Shown piece after piece: positions 26,896-37,877 of a stretch of DNA of 64,000 bases (positions within the stretch are counted from its first letter, which is position 1; each line of letters opens with the position of its first letter). The translations under genes and the position numbers were made by a program. The DNA comes from Patescibacteria group bacterium. Its GTDB lineage: Bacteria > Patescibacteriota > Patescibacteriia > UBA2591 > JAQUPP01. The stretch covers positions 75,717 through 139,716 of the forward strand of contig JAQUPP010000002.1 of the NCBI GenBank assembly GCA_028716665.1. The letters are read 5' to 3'. The notes under the pieces were generated by a model. It was not told the DNA's origin. It did no database searches and saw nothing but the letters and a program-made list of their open reading frames with translations.

Positions 26896-26935
26896 TACTA
26901 AACGTTTTTTCACGGCCGTGAAAAAACGTTTAGTA
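26896..26935. repeat. Perfect 40-bp palindrome (TACTAAACG family)
   Basis: tactaaacgttttttcacggccgtgaaaaaacgtttagta; same 13-bp termini at 56340-56393. Confidence 0.8.
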
Positions 26936-26948
26936 CTTACTTGTTTTA

Positions 26949-28352
26949 TTACAAAGTGACGAAAATATAACCCTGATTTTTCAATTCTTTGATAATAATA
27001 TAAAGAGCCTTAATCGTCTCTTCGCGATTAGCTTTGTGATCTAAATTTAATCCGTCATGTAAAACAATAATTGAACCGGAGTGGACATTTTTTAAAATAT
27101 TTTTGGAAATACTTTCGGCTTTGGCATATTTAAGATAATCAGTCGTCATGTTATTCCACTCAATCATTCGTAATCCTTCTTGACGCGCGCTTTTTAACAT
27201 CGTCGGAGTGCGCCAGCCGTGCGGCGGCCTGAAAAGAGTAGGGTGTTCGCCGGTTGTTTGAAAAATAATTTCATTGGTTTGACGGATTTCTTGTTCAATG
27301 TTTTTTGCTTTTTCAAAAGGCAAACCAAAAGAATGATAATAACTGTGGTTTCCTATTTCGTGGCCTTGATCTGCAATATTTTTGGCGATATTCGGATATG
27401 TCGCCACATTGTCGCCGACTAAAAAGAAAGTCGCCTTAATATCTTCATCTTTTAAAATTTTTAAAATTTCCTCTGTATATTGGCCATTGGGGCCGTCATC
27501 AAATGTAAGCGCAACCATTTTTCGTTGATTTTTTTGGGCAGGTATTTTATTTTCCACCTTGCCGAAGAGTTGAGATCTCGGACTGCAAATTCCATAAATT
27601 ATAATAGTTAAAATAACGAAAATTTTTCCTGTGGTCAAAATTACTTTATTTTTAAAAACAAGAACGGGCTTCTTTAATATAAAAAATATACAATAATTAA
27701 TTGTATAGAGACAGATGGTTTTTAAAAATCCTGATTTTTGATAACGTCTTGCCGAGGTGGTTGCCCAAAGATTTTTAAAATAATAAACCTTGCCGACTGA
27801 AATCATTTTTTTCGTTAAATCGGCATCCTCGCCGTAAAATTTAATATCAGTGTTAAAGCCACCGATATCGGTCAGTTTATTTTTTTTAATTGCGAAATTG
27901 CCGCCGACAATCAAACGTATTAATTTTATTTTGAAACAAAAGAAGAAACCTTTGATAAAATTATTAATTGCTTTGCCGCCATCATAAAAAGTAAAAGGAT
28001 TATAAACAACTACTGCATCCCGATGAGATTTAATAAAAAAGGCTATCTTTTCCAAATAGTCTTCGGGTACGATAAAATCGGCGTCAGTATAAACCAACCA
28101 GTCGCCTTGAGCGTTTTCTAGGCCGCTTTGTCGCGCTTGTGGCAAGCCAATTCTTGGCTCGTAAATATATTTGACATTGTTTTTTTTAACAATTTCAGCC
28201 GTGTTGTCAGTGCTGGCATTATCAACAACAATAATTTCAGAGGGTTGTAATTTTTGTTTTTTAAAAGAATCTAAACAATTTTGGATATAACCGGCTTCGT
28301 TCCGGGCAGGAATGATTACGGAAAATTTTATAGAAGTTTCGTCTTTATCCAT
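26949..28352 (-). CDS. GT2 glycosyltransferase fused to NodB-type polysaccharide deacetylase
   Basis: IPARNE, VVDNASTD, TDAD, YGEDAD, TSARRY; then ALTFDDGP, GNHSYYH, FRPPHG, IIVLHDG. Confidence 0.88.
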   Translation of the reverse strand: MDKDETSIKFSVIIPARNEAGYIQNCLDSFKKQKLQPSEIIVVDNASTDNTAEIVKKNNVKYIYEPRIGLPQARQSGLENAQGDWLVYTDADFIVPEDYLEKIAFFIKSHRDAVVVYNPFTFYDGGKAINNFIKGFFFCFKIKLIRLIVGGNFAIKKNKLTDIGGFNTDIKFYGEDADLTKKMISVGKVYYFKNLWATTSARRYQKSGFLKTICLYTINYCIFFILKKPVLVFKNKVILTTGKIFVILTIIIYGICSPRSQLFGKVENKIPAQKNQRKMVALTFDDGPNGQYTEEILKILKDEDIKATFFLVGDNVATYPNIAKNIADQGHEIGNHSYYHSFGLPFEKAKNIEQEIRQTNEIIFQTTGEHPTLFRPPHGWRTPTMLKSARQEGLRMIEWNNMTTDYLKYAKAESISKNILKNVHSGSIIVLHDGLNLDHKANREETIKALYIIIKELKNQGYIFVTL

Positions 28353-28399
28353 TTTTATTTATTATTATGAAATAAAAAATTGGGACAAATTTTTTATTA

Positions 28400-28470
28400 T
28401 CGGGATACCCGGAGTCGAACCGGGGCTGCACCCACCCCAAGGGCGCGTCCTACCGCTAGACTATACCCCG
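28400..28470 (-). tRNA. tRNA-Pro(GGG)
   Basis: CGGGGTA/TATCCCG acceptor, CGCCC-TTGGGGT-GGGTG anticodon arm, TTCGACT T-loop. Confidence 0.93.
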
Positions 28471-28521
28471 AATTAAAAACTCAAAAATAAATTTTTTAAT
28501 TTTTTATTTTTGAGTTTCAAA

Positions 28522-28692
28522 TTATTTTTTCTTCATTGCCTTCGCGCATCTGGTACAAACTTTCACCCTCTTGCCAGAAATCGTTTTTGTCTGTAAATTT
28601 ATAAACTGTCTCTTTAAGGTGTGAACCTTGGAATGCGATCGGGAAGCGTCTGTTGACGGTCCGCGTTTGCAAATTGAACAAGTTCTAGACAT
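28522..28692 (-). CDS. rpmB: 50S ribosomal protein bL28 (Zn-binding type), not in the ORF track
   Basis: MSRTCSICKRGP....SRSHS...T.KRQ.INLQ......RVKVCTRC. Confidence 0.93.
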   Translation of the reverse strand: MSRTCSICKRGPSTDASRSHSKVHTLKRQFINLQTKTISGKRVKVCTRCAKAMKKK

Positions 28693-28753
28693 AAAATTAA
28701 ATTGATTATAATTAATGTTTTAATAATAACAGAAAGTTAAAAATTTGACAAGT

Positions 28754-29353
28754 ATGTTTTTTCTTTTAATCATCATTTTCTCGGCCATTATTCATGAATA
28801 TATGCACGCTTGGACAGCGGATCGCTTGGGCGACCCCACGGCCAAATTAATGGGACGATTAACTTTAAATCCTTTGGCGCATATTGAATTGTTCGGGACT
28901 ATTTTAATGCCCTTCTTATTATATGTTTTATCAGGCGGACGTTTTTTAATCGCCTCCGCCAAACCGGTTCCCATTAATCCGAACGCTTTAAGCAATAAAA
29001 AATACGGAATGGCGATTGTCGGCGCAGCCGGACCTTTGGCGAATTTTATAGTTGCCTTAATTTTCGGTTTGATAATCAGGGTTTTACCTCCAAGTTCCTT
29101 TACTTCTTTTTTGAGTATTATTGTTTACGCAAATATTTTATTATTTGTTTTTAATTTGATTCCGGTTCCGCCGCTTGACGGTTCAAGAATTTTATTTGCT
29201 TTTCTGCCGCCTCGTTTTCAATATTATTCTTTGGTTATAGAACGCTATGGTTTTATGATTTCATTGATTGTCGCTTTCCTGATTTTTCAACTGATTCAAC
29301 CGATTATGTTTTGGATTTATCATTTACTTGTCGGTCGGTCATTATTATTTTAA
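28754..29353 (+). CDS. Site-2 protease (peptidase M50)
   Basis: HEYMH, GDPTAK..GRLTLNP, AGPLAN, FNLIPVPPLDGS. Confidence 0.92.
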   Translation: MFFLLIIIFSAIIHEYMHAWTADRLGDPTAKLMGRLTLNPLAHIELFGTILMPFLLYVLSGGRFLIASAKPVPINPNALSNKKYGMAIVGAAGPLANFIVALIFGLIIRVLPPSSFTSFLSIIVYANILLFVFNLIPVPPLDGSRILFAFLPPRFQYYSLVIERYGFMISLIVAFLIFQLIQPIMFWIYHLLVGRSLLF

Positions 29354-29359
29354 TTTGAC

Positions 29360-29387
29360 TTGACAAGATTTTTAGATAGTTTACAAT
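29360..29387 (+). promoter_or_regulatory. Promoter of str operon
   Basis: TTGACA-16-TACAAT. Confidence 0.6.
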
Positions 29388-29425
29388 ATTTAATTACTAT
29401 CTAAACTAACTTAAATTTTTTTAGT

Positions 29426-29845
29426 ATGCCAACTATAAATCAATTAGTAAAAAGAGGAAGAAAAAAAGCTGTTAAGAAATCCAAAAGTGTCGCATTGCAG
29501 ACAACTTTTAATGTTCTAACAAGAAGAAGAAAAAGTGCACCGTCCGGACATCCGTTTTTAAGAGGTGTTTGTTTAAAAGTGACAACCATGACACCTAAAA
29601 AACCAAACTCCGCTCTTCGAAAAATCGCCAGGCTTAGATTATCCAATGGAATGGAAGTTACCGCTTATATTCCGGGAATCGGCCATAATCTTCAAGAGCA
29701 TTCAGTGGTTATGATAAAAGGCGGAAAAGTTAAAGATTTGCCAGGTGTTCGTTATCATATTGTTCGCGGTGTTTATGATGCCAGCGGCGTTGAAGGACGA
29801 AAACAGAGCCGAAGTCTTTATGGTGCTAAAAAAACTAAAAAATAA
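29426..29845 (+). CDS. rpsL: 30S ribosomal protein uS12
   Basis: [19 protein letters not shown]. Confidence 0.99.
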   Translation: MPTINQLVKRGRKKAVKKSKSVALQTTFNVLTRRRKSAPSGHPFLRGVCLKVTTMTPKKPNSALRKIARLRLSNGMEVTAYIPGIGHNLQEHSVVMIKGGKVKDLPGVRYHIVRGVYDASGVEGRKQSRSLYGAKKTKK

Positions 29846-29878
29846 AATCAAGTTTAATTTATTTATTTAATTTAAAGT

Positions 29879-30349
29879 ATGAGAGGAAAACAATCTATAA
29901 AAAGAAAAATTTTACCGGATATCAAATATAATTCGTTAAAGTTGGCGAAATTCATTAACTATATAATGGAAAGGGGAAAGAAAACAACTGCCCAAAAAAT
30001 AGTTTATGGCGCGATTGATATTTTGGCCAAACAAAACAATAAAGACGGATTAGAAGTTTTTAATCAAGCCATGGAAAATATTTCTCCAATGGTTGAATTG
30101 AGATCTCGCAGAGTTGGCGGAGCCAACTATCAAGTTCCGGTTCAAACTACTGAAGATCGCCGTTTTGTCTTGGCTTCACGCTGGATAATTGAAGCAGCCA
30201 GAAATCGCAAAGGCAAGGCTATGGCTGAGAAATTAGCCCAAGAAATGACAGATGCCTTGAATAATCAAGGATTGGCAATCAAAAAAAAGGACGATGTTTA
30301 TCGTATGGCTGAAGCAAATAAGGCTTTTGCTCATTTTGCTCAATATTAA
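29879..30349 (+). CDS. rpsG: 30S ribosomal protein uS7
   Basis: [21 protein letters not shown]. Confidence 0.99.
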   Translation: MRGKQSIKRKILPDIKYNSLKLAKFINYIMERGKKTTAQKIVYGAIDILAKQNNKDGLEVFNQAMENISPMVELRSRRVGGANYQVPVQTTEDRRFVLASRWIIEAARNRKGKAMAEKLAQEMTDALNNQGLAIKKKDDVYRMAEANKAFAHFAQY

Positions 30350-30360
30350 TTTTAAATTTT

Positions 30361-32460
30361 ATGCCCAGAGAATATAGTTTACATCAAACACGTAATATAG
30401 GTATTATCGCTCATATTGACGCCGGTAAAACCACAGTTTCCGAGCGTATTTTATATTATACCGGTAAAAAACATAAAATCGGAGAAGTTCATGAAGGCGC
30501 AGCTGAAATGGATTGGATGGTTCAAGAAAGAGAAAGGGGGGTAACAATTACTGCCGCGGCCACCACGGTTTTTTGGCAAGTTCCAGGAGAAGAATTAGTC
30601 CGCATCAATCTTATCGACACTCCGGGCCATATTGATTTTACGGCCGAAGTTCAGAGATCTTTAAGAGTTTTGGATGGCGGCGTAGTGGTTTTTGACGGAG
30701 TCGCCGGTGTAGAACCGCAATCAGAAACTGTTTATCATCAGGCGGAAAAATTTAAAGTGCCTTTAATTGCTTTTGTTAATAAAATGGACAGAATGGGCGC
30801 GGATTTTTATGCTGACATCGCTTCTATTCATGAAAGATTAACGCCAAGTGCCCGACCGGTTCAATTGCCGATTGGCGCTGAGTCTAATTTTAAAGGCATT
30901 ATTGATTTATTCACTCGTAGAGCCACTGTATATTATGATGAAATGGGAAAAGATATGAGAGAAGAAGATGTGCCTCAAGACATGAAAGAATTAGTTGAAA
31001 AATACAGAGCGGAATTGATTGAAGCCATTGTTGAACAAGATGATAAATTAATGCAGCAATATTTGGGTGGTAAAGAACCGCCAATAGAAGAATTAAAAAA
31101 AGTTTTACGCCAGGCAGTTATTAATAATAAAATAATGCCGGTTTTTTGCGGTTCAGCTTTAAAAAATAAAGGAGTTCAATCATTATTGGACGGAATTTGC
31201 ACATATTTGCCTTCACCATTGGATGTTCCTCCGCTCGAAGGTACGGTTCCGGATACTGATAAAAAAGAGATTCGTAAAGCTGATGATAACGAACCGTTCT
31301 CCGCTTTGGCTTTTAAAATCGCCACTGATCCGTTTGTGGGAAGATTATGTTATTTTAGAGTTTATTCCGGCCATTTGCCGGCAGGTTCTTATATTTTAAA
31401 TACTACGACCGGTAATAAAGAAAGAGTCAGCAGAATCGTAAGAATGCACGCCAATCAAAGAGATGAAATCAATGAAGTTTTTGCCGGAGACATTGCCGCC
31501 ATTGTCGGTATTAAAAATACCCGCACCGGCGACACGCTTTGTGATCCCGATCATCCGATTACTTTGGAGAATATCGTTTTCCCGGAACCGGTTATCTCTA
31601 TTGCCGTTGAACCGAAAACTAAAATTGATCAAGAAAAAATGGGTGTGGTTATTTCAAAATTGGTTGAAGAAGATCCAACATTTAAAGTTAAAGTTGATGA
31701 AAATACCGGCCAAACTATTATTTCCGGAATGGGAGAATTTCATTTGGAAATTATCGTTGATAGATTAAAAAGAGAATTCAAAGTTGATGTCAACGTCGGT
31801 CAGCCGCAAGTTGCTTATAAAGAAACAATTAGTCAAAAAGTGGAAATTCAAGGAAAATATGTTCATCAATCAGGTGGACGCGGTCAATACGGAGATTGTT
31901 GGTTAAGATTGGAACCACTTGAAAGAGGCAAGGGTTTTGAATTTGTTGACGAAATTAAAGGTGGTACGATTCCCAGAGAATATATTCCGGCTGTTAAAAA
32001 GGGTGTCATAGAATCAATGGCAAACGGCGTTTTAGCCGGCTTCCCGTTGGTTGATATGAAGGTTGCCGTGTTCGACGGTTCTTATCACGAAGTTGATTCT
32101 TCGGAAGCAGCGTTTAAAATTGCCGCTTCAAGAGCCATTAAAGAAGGAACCTTAAAAGCAAAACCTGTTTTATTAGAACCGGTAATGAAAATTGAAGTAT
32201 TGGTTCCGGAAAAATTCATGGGAGAAATTATTGGCGATCTTAATTCTCGACGCGCTCAAATTCAAGGGACAAGAACTCGCGGACAAATGAGAGTAATTGA
32301 CGCAACCGTACCGCTTGGAGAAATGTTCAGTTATACGACTGTTTTGAGATCTTTGACTGAAGGCAGAGGAAACTCAAATTTGGAATTTTCCAATTATGCC
32401 GAAGTGCCGATGAATGTTCAAAATAAAATTGTTGAAAAAGGAAAATCAACCATCAAATAA
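30361..32460 (+). CDS. fusA: Elongation factor G
   Basis: [27 protein letters not shown]. Confidence 0.99.
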   Translation: MPREYSLHQTRNIGIIAHIDAGKTTVSERILYYTGKKHKIGEVHEGAAEMDWMVQERERGVTITAAATTVFWQVPGEELVRINLIDTPGHIDFTAEVQRSLRVLDGGVVVFDGVAGVEPQSETVYHQAEKFKVPLIAFVNKMDRMGADFYADIASIHERLTPSARPVQLPIGAESNFKGIIDLFTRRATVYYDEMGKDMREEDVPQDMKELVEKYRAELIEAIVEQDDKLMQQYLGGKEPPIEELKKVLRQAVINNKIMPVFCGSALKNKGVQSLLDGICTYLPSPLDVPPLEGTVPDTDKKEIRKADDNEPFSALAFKIATDPFVGRLCYFRVYSGHLPAGSYILNTTTGNKERVSRIVRMHANQRDEINEVFAGDIAAIVGIKNTRTGDTLCDPDHPITLENIVFPEPVISIAVEPKTKIDQEKMGVVISKLVEEDPTFKVKVDENTGQTIISGMGEFHLEIIVDRLKREFKVDVNVGQPQVAYKETISQKVEIQGKYVHQSGGRGQYGDCWLRLEPLERGKGFEFVDEIKGGTIPREYIPAVKKGVIESMANGVLAGFPLVDMKVAVFDGSYHEVDSSEAAFKIAASRAIKEGTLKAKPVLLEPVMKIEVLVPEKFMGEIIGDLNSRRAQIQGTRTRGQMRVIDATVPLGEMFSYTTVLRSLTEGRGNSNLEFSNYAEVPMNVQNKIVEKGKSTIK

Positions 32461-32489
32461 TTTGTGGGTTTGTTGTGGAAAAGTAAGTA

Positions 32490-32518
32490 TTGTCAAATTA
32501 AAATTAAAATAGTATACT
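32490..32518 (+). promoter_or_regulatory. Internal promoter for tuf
   Basis: TTGTCA-17-TATACT. Confidence 0.5.
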
Positions 32519-32610
32519 TAACAGAATAATAATTTAAATTAATATTTTTAATTCGCGACTAATAAAATTTAAAAAGTAGTTCGCGATTAATTAATGAGGT
32601 AAATAAAAAT

Positions 32611-33816
32611 ATGGCAGAAAAAGAAAAATTTCAAAGAAATAAATCTCACGTCAATGTTGGTACTATTGGACACGTTGACCATGGTAAGACCACTTTAACT
32701 GCGGCTATTTTGCAATGTTTAAGAGCCAGCGGTATGAAAGCTGAAAATAGGTCTATTGACCAAATTGATAATGCCCCGGAAGAAAGAGAAAGAGGTATTA
32801 CCATTGCTTTGGCTCACGTAGAATATGAAACAGCAAAACGTCATTATGCCCATATCGATTGTCCGGGCCATGCTGACTATATTAAAAACATGATCACCGG
32901 TGCTGCTCAAATGGATGGAGCAATTTTGGTCGTTTCCGCTGCTGATGGTCCAATGCCGCAAACAAGAGAGCACATTCTTTTGGCTCGCCAAGTAGGCGTG
33001 CCGGCCATTGTCGTTTTCTTAAATAAAACAGATATGGTTGATGATAAAGAATTCATTGAATTGGCTAAAGAAGAAGTAAAAGATTTACTTAGAAAAAATG
33101 AATTCCCGGCTGATGAAATTCCTTTTATCGAAGGTTCAGCTTTGAAAGCCTTGGAATGCAAATGCGGTAAAGCAGATTGTCCTCACTGCGGCCCGATTTT
33201 AAAATTAGTGGAAGCTTTGGACAGTTATGTTCCTGAGCCAAAAAGAGATACTGACAAACCTTTCTTAATGCCTATTGAAGATATTTTCTCCATTGAAGGA
33301 AGAGGCACTGTTGTGACTGGTAGAATTGAGAGAGGAGTGGTTAAAGTGGGCGATGAAGTTGAAATTATCGGTATCAGACCAACAATAAAAACAACTGTTA
33401 TCGGCATTGAAATGTTTAGAAAATCATTAGATGAAGGTATGGCGGGCGATAATGCCGGTATACTTTTACGCGGTATCAAGAAAGAAGATGTGGAGAGAGG
33501 TCAGGTTATCGTTAAACCGGGCACTGTTGTTCCTCATTCTGAATTTGAAGGAAAGGTTTATATTCTTTCAAAAGAAGACGGAGGCAGACACACTCCATTC
33601 TTTAATGGTTATAAACCGCAATTTTATATCAGAACAACTGATGTGACCGGTGACGCTACTCTTCCGGAAGGAACAGAAATGGCCATGCCTGGAGATACGA
33701 TTAATTTGAATATTAAATTGATCAAACAGGTCGCCTTGGAAGAACAACAGAAATTCGCTATTCGTGAAGGCGGAAAGACTGTTGGCGCGGGCGTCGTAAC
33801 TAAAATAATTAAATAA
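32611..33816 (+). CDS. tuf: Elongation factor Tu
   Basis: [30 protein letters not shown]. Confidence 0.99.
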   Translation: MAEKEKFQRNKSHVNVGTIGHVDHGKTTLTAAILQCLRASGMKAENRSIDQIDNAPEERERGITIALAHVEYETAKRHYAHIDCPGHADYIKNMITGAAQMDGAILVVSAADGPMPQTREHILLARQVGVPAIVVFLNKTDMVDDKEFIELAKEEVKDLLRKNEFPADEIPFIEGSALKALECKCGKADCPHCGPILKLVEALDSYVPEPKRDTDKPFLMPIEDIFSIEGRGTVVTGRIERGVVKVGDEVEIIGIRPTIKTTVIGIEMFRKSLDEGMAGDNAGILLRGIKKEDVERGQVIVKPGTVVPHSEFEGKVYILSKEDGGRHTPFFNGYKPQFYIRTTDVTGDATLPEGTEMAMPGDTINLNIKLIKQVALEEQQKFAIREGGKTVGAGVVTKIIK

Positions 33817-33824
33817 ATCTTTTA

Positions 33825-33853
33825 TTCAACCCCCTAAATCTTAGGGGGTTGAA
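33825..33853 (+). terminator. Hairpin after tuf
   Basis: ttcaaccccctaa-atc-ttagggggttgaa. Confidence 0.6.
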
Positions 33854-33875
33854 AAGATTTTGTTCTTTATATCAA

Positions 33876-34229
33876 ATGTCAGAAGAAAAAAAGAAAATTA
33901 AACAAACTCAAAAAGAAGCTGATTTTAAGCCGCGTATTCGCATTAAAGTTAAATCATATGACCATCGTGTCATTGATGAAGCTTTGAAAAGCATTATTGA
34001 AGCGGTAAAAAGATCCGATGCCAAAATTATTGGACCGATTTTTTTGCCCACTGAAATAAAAAAGTTTACTGTTTTAAGGTCTTCTTTTGTTCACAAAGAT
34101 GCGAGAGATCAATTTGAGAAGAGAATTCACAAACGATTGATTGACATCACGGATTTTGATCCGAAAACAATAGAAACTTTAACCAGTCTTCGTTTACCGG
34201 CAGGAGTGGATATAGAAATCAAGTTGTAA
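33876..34229 (+). CDS. rpsJ: 30S ribosomal protein uS10
   Basis: RIRIKVKSYDH, GP..LPT, HKRLIDI, LPAGVDIEI; ATG 33876. Confidence 0.97.
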   Translation: MSEEKKKIKQTQKEADFKPRIRIKVKSYDHRVIDEALKSIIEAVKRSDAKIIGPIFLPTEIKKFTVLRSSFVHKDARDQFEKRIHKRLIDITDFDPKTIETLTSLRLPAGVDIEIKL

Positions 34230-34306
34230 TATTAAGTTGATTATTAATTTATTTAATTCATTTTTGAATGAAGTGATATTAAGTAAACAATTTTGGCCAG
34301 ATTACG

Positions 34307-34357
34307 AGCCGGGCAGGTAGCCAGGCAGAAAAAACTTGGCTTTAACCCGACTTTTTT
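34307..34357 (+). promoter_or_regulatory. Structured leader/attenuator-like element before rplC
   Basis: cggg..cccg enclosing agccagg/cttggct, followed by T-tract. Confidence 0.45.
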
Positions 34358-34368
34358 AATAAAAAGAT

Positions 34369-34983
34369 ATGAAGTTTATTCTCGGTAAAAAAATAGAAAT
34401 GACTCAAGTTTTTCAAGACGATAATGTCGTCCCGGTGACAAAAATTGAAGCCGGTCCTTGTTGGGTCACTCAAATCAAAACGACAGAAAAAGATAAATAT
34501 GAAGCGATTCAGATTGGTTTAGGTTTGCAAAAAAAAATAAATAAGCCCCTTGGAGGACATTTAAAAAATTTGCCCGCGGAAGTGAAAACTCAGAACAGAT
34601 GGTTAAGAGAGTTTCGCGTTTCGGGTTCGGACTTGAAAATAGGGGATCAGATCAATGTTGATATTTTTCAAAAAGGAGAAAAAGTAAAAATTATCGGCAC
34701 TTCAAAAGGAAAGGGTTTTCAGGGCGGCGTAAAAAGACATGGTTTCGCCGGTGCGACAAAAAGTCACGGCACCAAGCATGCTTTGAGAGAACCGGGTTCA
34801 ATCGGCGCCACTGCTCCGCAAAGAGTTTTCAAGGGAATGAGAATGGCCGGACGAATGGGCGGCGAACAAACCACAGCTTTGAATTTGGAAATTATTGATA
34901 TTCAACCTGAAAAGAATATAATTTTAGTCAAAGGCGCAGTTCCGGGAATGAGAGGAAGTTTATTGGAAATCAAATCTTTATAA
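34369..34983 (+). CDS. rplC: 50S ribosomal protein uL3
   Basis: GTSKGKGFQG, PGSIG, RMAGRMG. Confidence 0.98.
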   Translation: MKFILGKKIEMTQVFQDDNVVPVTKIEAGPCWVTQIKTTEKDKYEAIQIGLGLQKKINKPLGGHLKNLPAEVKTQNRWLREFRVSGSDLKIGDQINVDIFQKGEKVKIIGTSKGKGFQGGVKRHGFAGATKSHGTKHALREPGSIGATAPQRVFKGMRMAGRMGGEQTTALNLEIIDIQPEKNIILVKGAVPGMRGSLLEIKSL

Positions 34984-35006
34984 TTCAAAAATAAAATTTT
35001 TATCAG

Positions 35007-35654
35007 ATGCCAAGTACAATTACCATCTACAATCAAAACGCGGAAAAAATAGGTGAGGAAAAATTAAATTCCCATATTTTTGGCGTTAAAGCGAATAAAA
35101 GCCTTATTCATCAGGTTGTGGTTGCTCAATTGGCCAATCGACGCGGCGCTTATTCTCATACTAAAACCAGAGGACAAGTTCGCGGCGGCGGCAAAAAACC
35201 TTGGGCGCAGAAAGGAACCGGACGAGCCAGAGTCGGTTCAATTCGCAGTCCATTGTGGCGCGGCGGCGGCATTATTTTCGGGCCGACCAATGAAAGAAAT
35301 TTTTCTTTGAAAGTCAATAAAAAAGTCAAACGACAGGCGCTTTTAATGTGTTTGTCTGACAAAGTTTTGGAAAATAAATTATTCGTTTTGGATAAATTGG
35401 AAATACCGGAAATCAAAACAAAAGTTTTTGTTCAGATTTTGCAGAAATTTTTCCCTTTTGCCAAAAAATTAAAAGTAATAATTTGTCTTGAGGATAAAAA
35501 TGAGACAGCTATGAAATCAGCCAGAAACATCAAAGGAGTCAAAATTATGCCGGTGACAAATTTAAATGTTTACGATCTGTTGTCTAATGAAAATTTATTC
35601 ATTACTCTTGCGGGATTAAAGACAATAGAAAAGAATTTTAAATCCATAAAATAA
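35007..35654 (+). CDS. rplD: 50S ribosomal protein uL4
   Basis: KPWAQKGTGRARVGS, GGGIIFGP. Confidence 0.98.
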   Translation: MPSTITIYNQNAEKIGEEKLNSHIFGVKANKSLIHQVVVAQLANRRGAYSHTKTRGQVRGGGKKPWAQKGTGRARVGSIRSPLWRGGGIIFGPTNERNFSLKVNKKVKRQALLMCLSDKVLENKLFVLDKLEIPEIKTKVFVQILQKFFPFAKKLKVIICLEDKNETAMKSARNIKGVKIMPVTNLNVYDLLSNENLFITLAGLKTIEKNFKSIK

Positions 35655-35661
35655 ATTCAGT

Positions 35662-36072
35662 ATGTCTTTTATAAAAAAACAACCTACCAAGCCTCAAAAT
35701 ATTCCGGTTCAAAAAGAAATCGTGAAAACCGAAGAAATTCAGAAAACGGAAGAAAAACATTCAACCCCGTCTACTTCTACTAAAACCATTAAATTAGCTT
35801 ATAAAATATTGATTAAGCCGATTATAACCGAGAAAATTGCTCAACAGGAAGCGGAAGGGCGATATGCTTTTCAAGTGGCAAGAGACGCGAATAAAATCGA
35901 AGTCCGAAAAGCGATTAAAGAACTTTATCATGTTAATCCGATTAAAGTTAATATTATGAAAGTCAGCGGCAAAGCGGTCAGATACGGCAAATCAAAAGGC
36001 AGAACTGTTAATTGGAAAAAAGCTTTAGTTTTTTTAGCAAAAGGCCAAAAAATAGAATTGGCAAAAAGATAA
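35662..36072 (+). CDS. rplW: 50S ribosomal protein uL23 (N-terminal extension)
   Basis: PIITEK, ANKIEV..AI, WKKALV. Confidence 0.95.
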   Translation: MSFIKKQPTKPQNIPVQKEIVKTEEIQKTEEKHSTPSTSTKTIKLAYKILIKPIITEKIAQQEAEGRYAFQVARDANKIEVRKAIKELYHVNPIKVNIMKVSGKAVRYGKSKGRTVNWKKALVFLAKGQKIELAKR

Positions 36073-36078
36073 TAATTT

Positions 36079-36921
36079 ATGCTTCAAATTTATAAACCAA
36101 CAACGCCAGGCAGGCGAAAAATGAGTATCGTCAAAAGTAAAGAATTGACGAGAGAAGAACCGAATAGGGGTTTGATTAATATAAAAAAATCAAGAGCCGG
36201 CAGAAGTCATGGACGGATAGCGGTCAGACATCAAGGAGCGGGAGAAAAAAAATTCTACCGACAAATTGATTTTAAACAAGATAAATTTAATATTCCCGGT
36301 AAAGTGGCAAGATTGGAATATGATCCGAATCGCACTTGCTGGATCGCTTTAATTTTTTATCCTGATGGAGAAAAAAGATATATTCTGGCTCCGGATAAAC
36401 TTAAAGTCGGCGATACAGTGATGAGCTCAAAAGAAAAGATTGAGCCACAAACAGGGAACAGAATGCCTCTAAAATTTATACCTACGGGTTATAATATTTG
36501 CAACATTGAATTGCAACCGGGCACAGGCGGACAAATTGTAAGATCCGCGGGCGCGCTCGCAACTTTAATGACTTATGAAGGAAAATACGTCGGCGTAAAA
36601 TTACCTTCAAGTGAAAGAAGGTTAATTTCAGAAAATTGTTCAGCAACAATCGGACAAGTTTCCAATCCGGAATGGCAGCATACTAATTGGGGCAAAGCGG
36701 GCAGAATGCGTCACAGAGGAATCAGACCGTCAGTCAGAGGAAAGGCGATGGCTCCTGTTGCTCATCCGCACGGCGGAGGCGAAGGCCATTCTCCAATCGG
36801 TATGGTTGCTCCTAAAACTCCATGGGGAAAGCCGGCTTTAGGCGTCAAAACACGCAATAAAAAGAAATGGACAAATAAATATATTATTAACCGAAGAGTT
36901 AAAAAGGTTAGAAAAAAATAA
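36079..36921 (+). CDS. rplB: 50S ribosomal protein uL2
   Basis: EYDPNR, RPSVRG, HPHGGGEG. Confidence 0.99.
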   Translation: MLQIYKPTTPGRRKMSIVKSKELTREEPNRGLINIKKSRAGRSHGRIAVRHQGAGEKKFYRQIDFKQDKFNIPGKVARLEYDPNRTCWIALIFYPDGEKRYILAPDKLKVGDTVMSSKEKIEPQTGNRMPLKFIPTGYNICNIELQPGTGGQIVRSAGALATLMTYEGKYVGVKLPSSERRLISENCSATIGQVSNPEWQHTNWGKAGRMRHRGIRPSVRGKAMAPVAHPHGGGEGHSPIGMVAPKTPWGKPALGVKTRNKKKWTNKYIINRRVKKVRKK

Positions 36922-36924
36922 AAT

Positions 36925-37269
36925 ATGAGTAGAAGTCTTAAAAAGGGTCCGTGGATTGATCCTAAATTACTTAAAAAAATATCAAACTTAAAACCCGGAG
37001 ACAAAACAATTATTAAAACTTGGTCCAGGGGATCAGTTGTTGTGCCGGAAATGGTGGGTTTTACTATTGCCATTCATAATGGCAAAATTCACGTACCATT
37101 GCTTATTATTGAAAATATGATTGGCCATAAATTGGGAGAGTTTGTTTTGACCAGAAAATTTGTCAGACATGGTGGCAAGATGCAAAAAGAAATGGAACAA
37201 TCAGCGAGTATTGCCGCCGGCGCCAAAACTCAGGCTTCTCAAGTTGCTCCGCCAGCCGCTAAAAAATAA
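36925..37269 (+). CDS. rpsS: 30S ribosomal protein uS19
   Basis: [21 protein letters not shown]. Confidence 0.98.
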   Translation: MSRSLKKGPWIDPKLLKKISNLKPGDKTIIKTWSRGSVVVPEMVGFTIAIHNGKIHVPLLIIENMIGHKLGEFVLTRKFVRHGGKMQKEMEQSASIAAGAKTQASQVAPPAAKK

Positions 37270-37275
37270 AAAATT

Positions 37276-37869
37276 ATGAAAATATCCGTTACTACAAAAC
37301 ATTTGAAAATGTCTCCTAAAAAAATGCGACAAGTTGTCGCCGTGATTAGGAATATGGATGTTACGGACGCGATAGATCAATTGAATTTTATTCCGCGAAA
37401 AGCCAGTCTTTTGATATTAAAAACTTTAAAATCAGGCATTGCCAATGCTCAACATAATTTCAATTTGAAAAAAGAAAATCTTTTTATAAAAGAAATTTTT
37501 GTCAATCAAGGCCCGGTGTTAAAGAGATTTACTTCCAAGGCTTTTGGACGGGTGGGGGATATACACAAAAGAAGTTCTGATTTAACGATATTTTTAGATG
37601 AAAGAGTCGCTTCGAAAAATATAAAACCGATAACTCAAAAATTGGATAAAATCGTTCCGGAGTCGCAAGCAAAAGAAGAAGATAAGCCAATGGACAGAAT
37701 CTCCGATGAAATTTCCGATTCAAAACCGAATAAGGAATTTTCAAAACCAAAAGAACAGAAAATCTTTGATGCTCATCGAAAAGGTAAATATAAGCCAGGA
37801 GGAAATAAAGATAAAAGTAAAAATACAGGTGGTACGCTTAAAAGATTATTTAATAGAAAAAGTATTTAA
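37276..37869 (+). CDS. rplV: 50S ribosomal protein uL22 with long basic C-terminal extension
   Basis: SPKKMR.V, ANAQHN, GP.LKR; position in S10 operon. Confidence 0.95.
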   Translation: MKISVTTKHLKMSPKKMRQVVAVIRNMDVTDAIDQLNFIPRKASLLILKTLKSGIANAQHNFNLKKENLFIKEIFVNQGPVLKRFTSKAFGRVGDIHKRSSDLTIFLDERVASKNIKPITQKLDKIVPESQAKEEDKPMDRISDEISDSKPNKEFSKPKEQKIFDAHRKGKYKPGGNKDKSKNTGGTLKRLFNRKSI

Positions 37870-37877
37870 TATATAGT

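Noticed and set aside
33150-33195. Cys-rich insert in EF-Tu ([12 protein letters not shown])
   Set aside because: Similar inserts are known in EF-Tu of several anaerobic lineages, so it is not considered novel.
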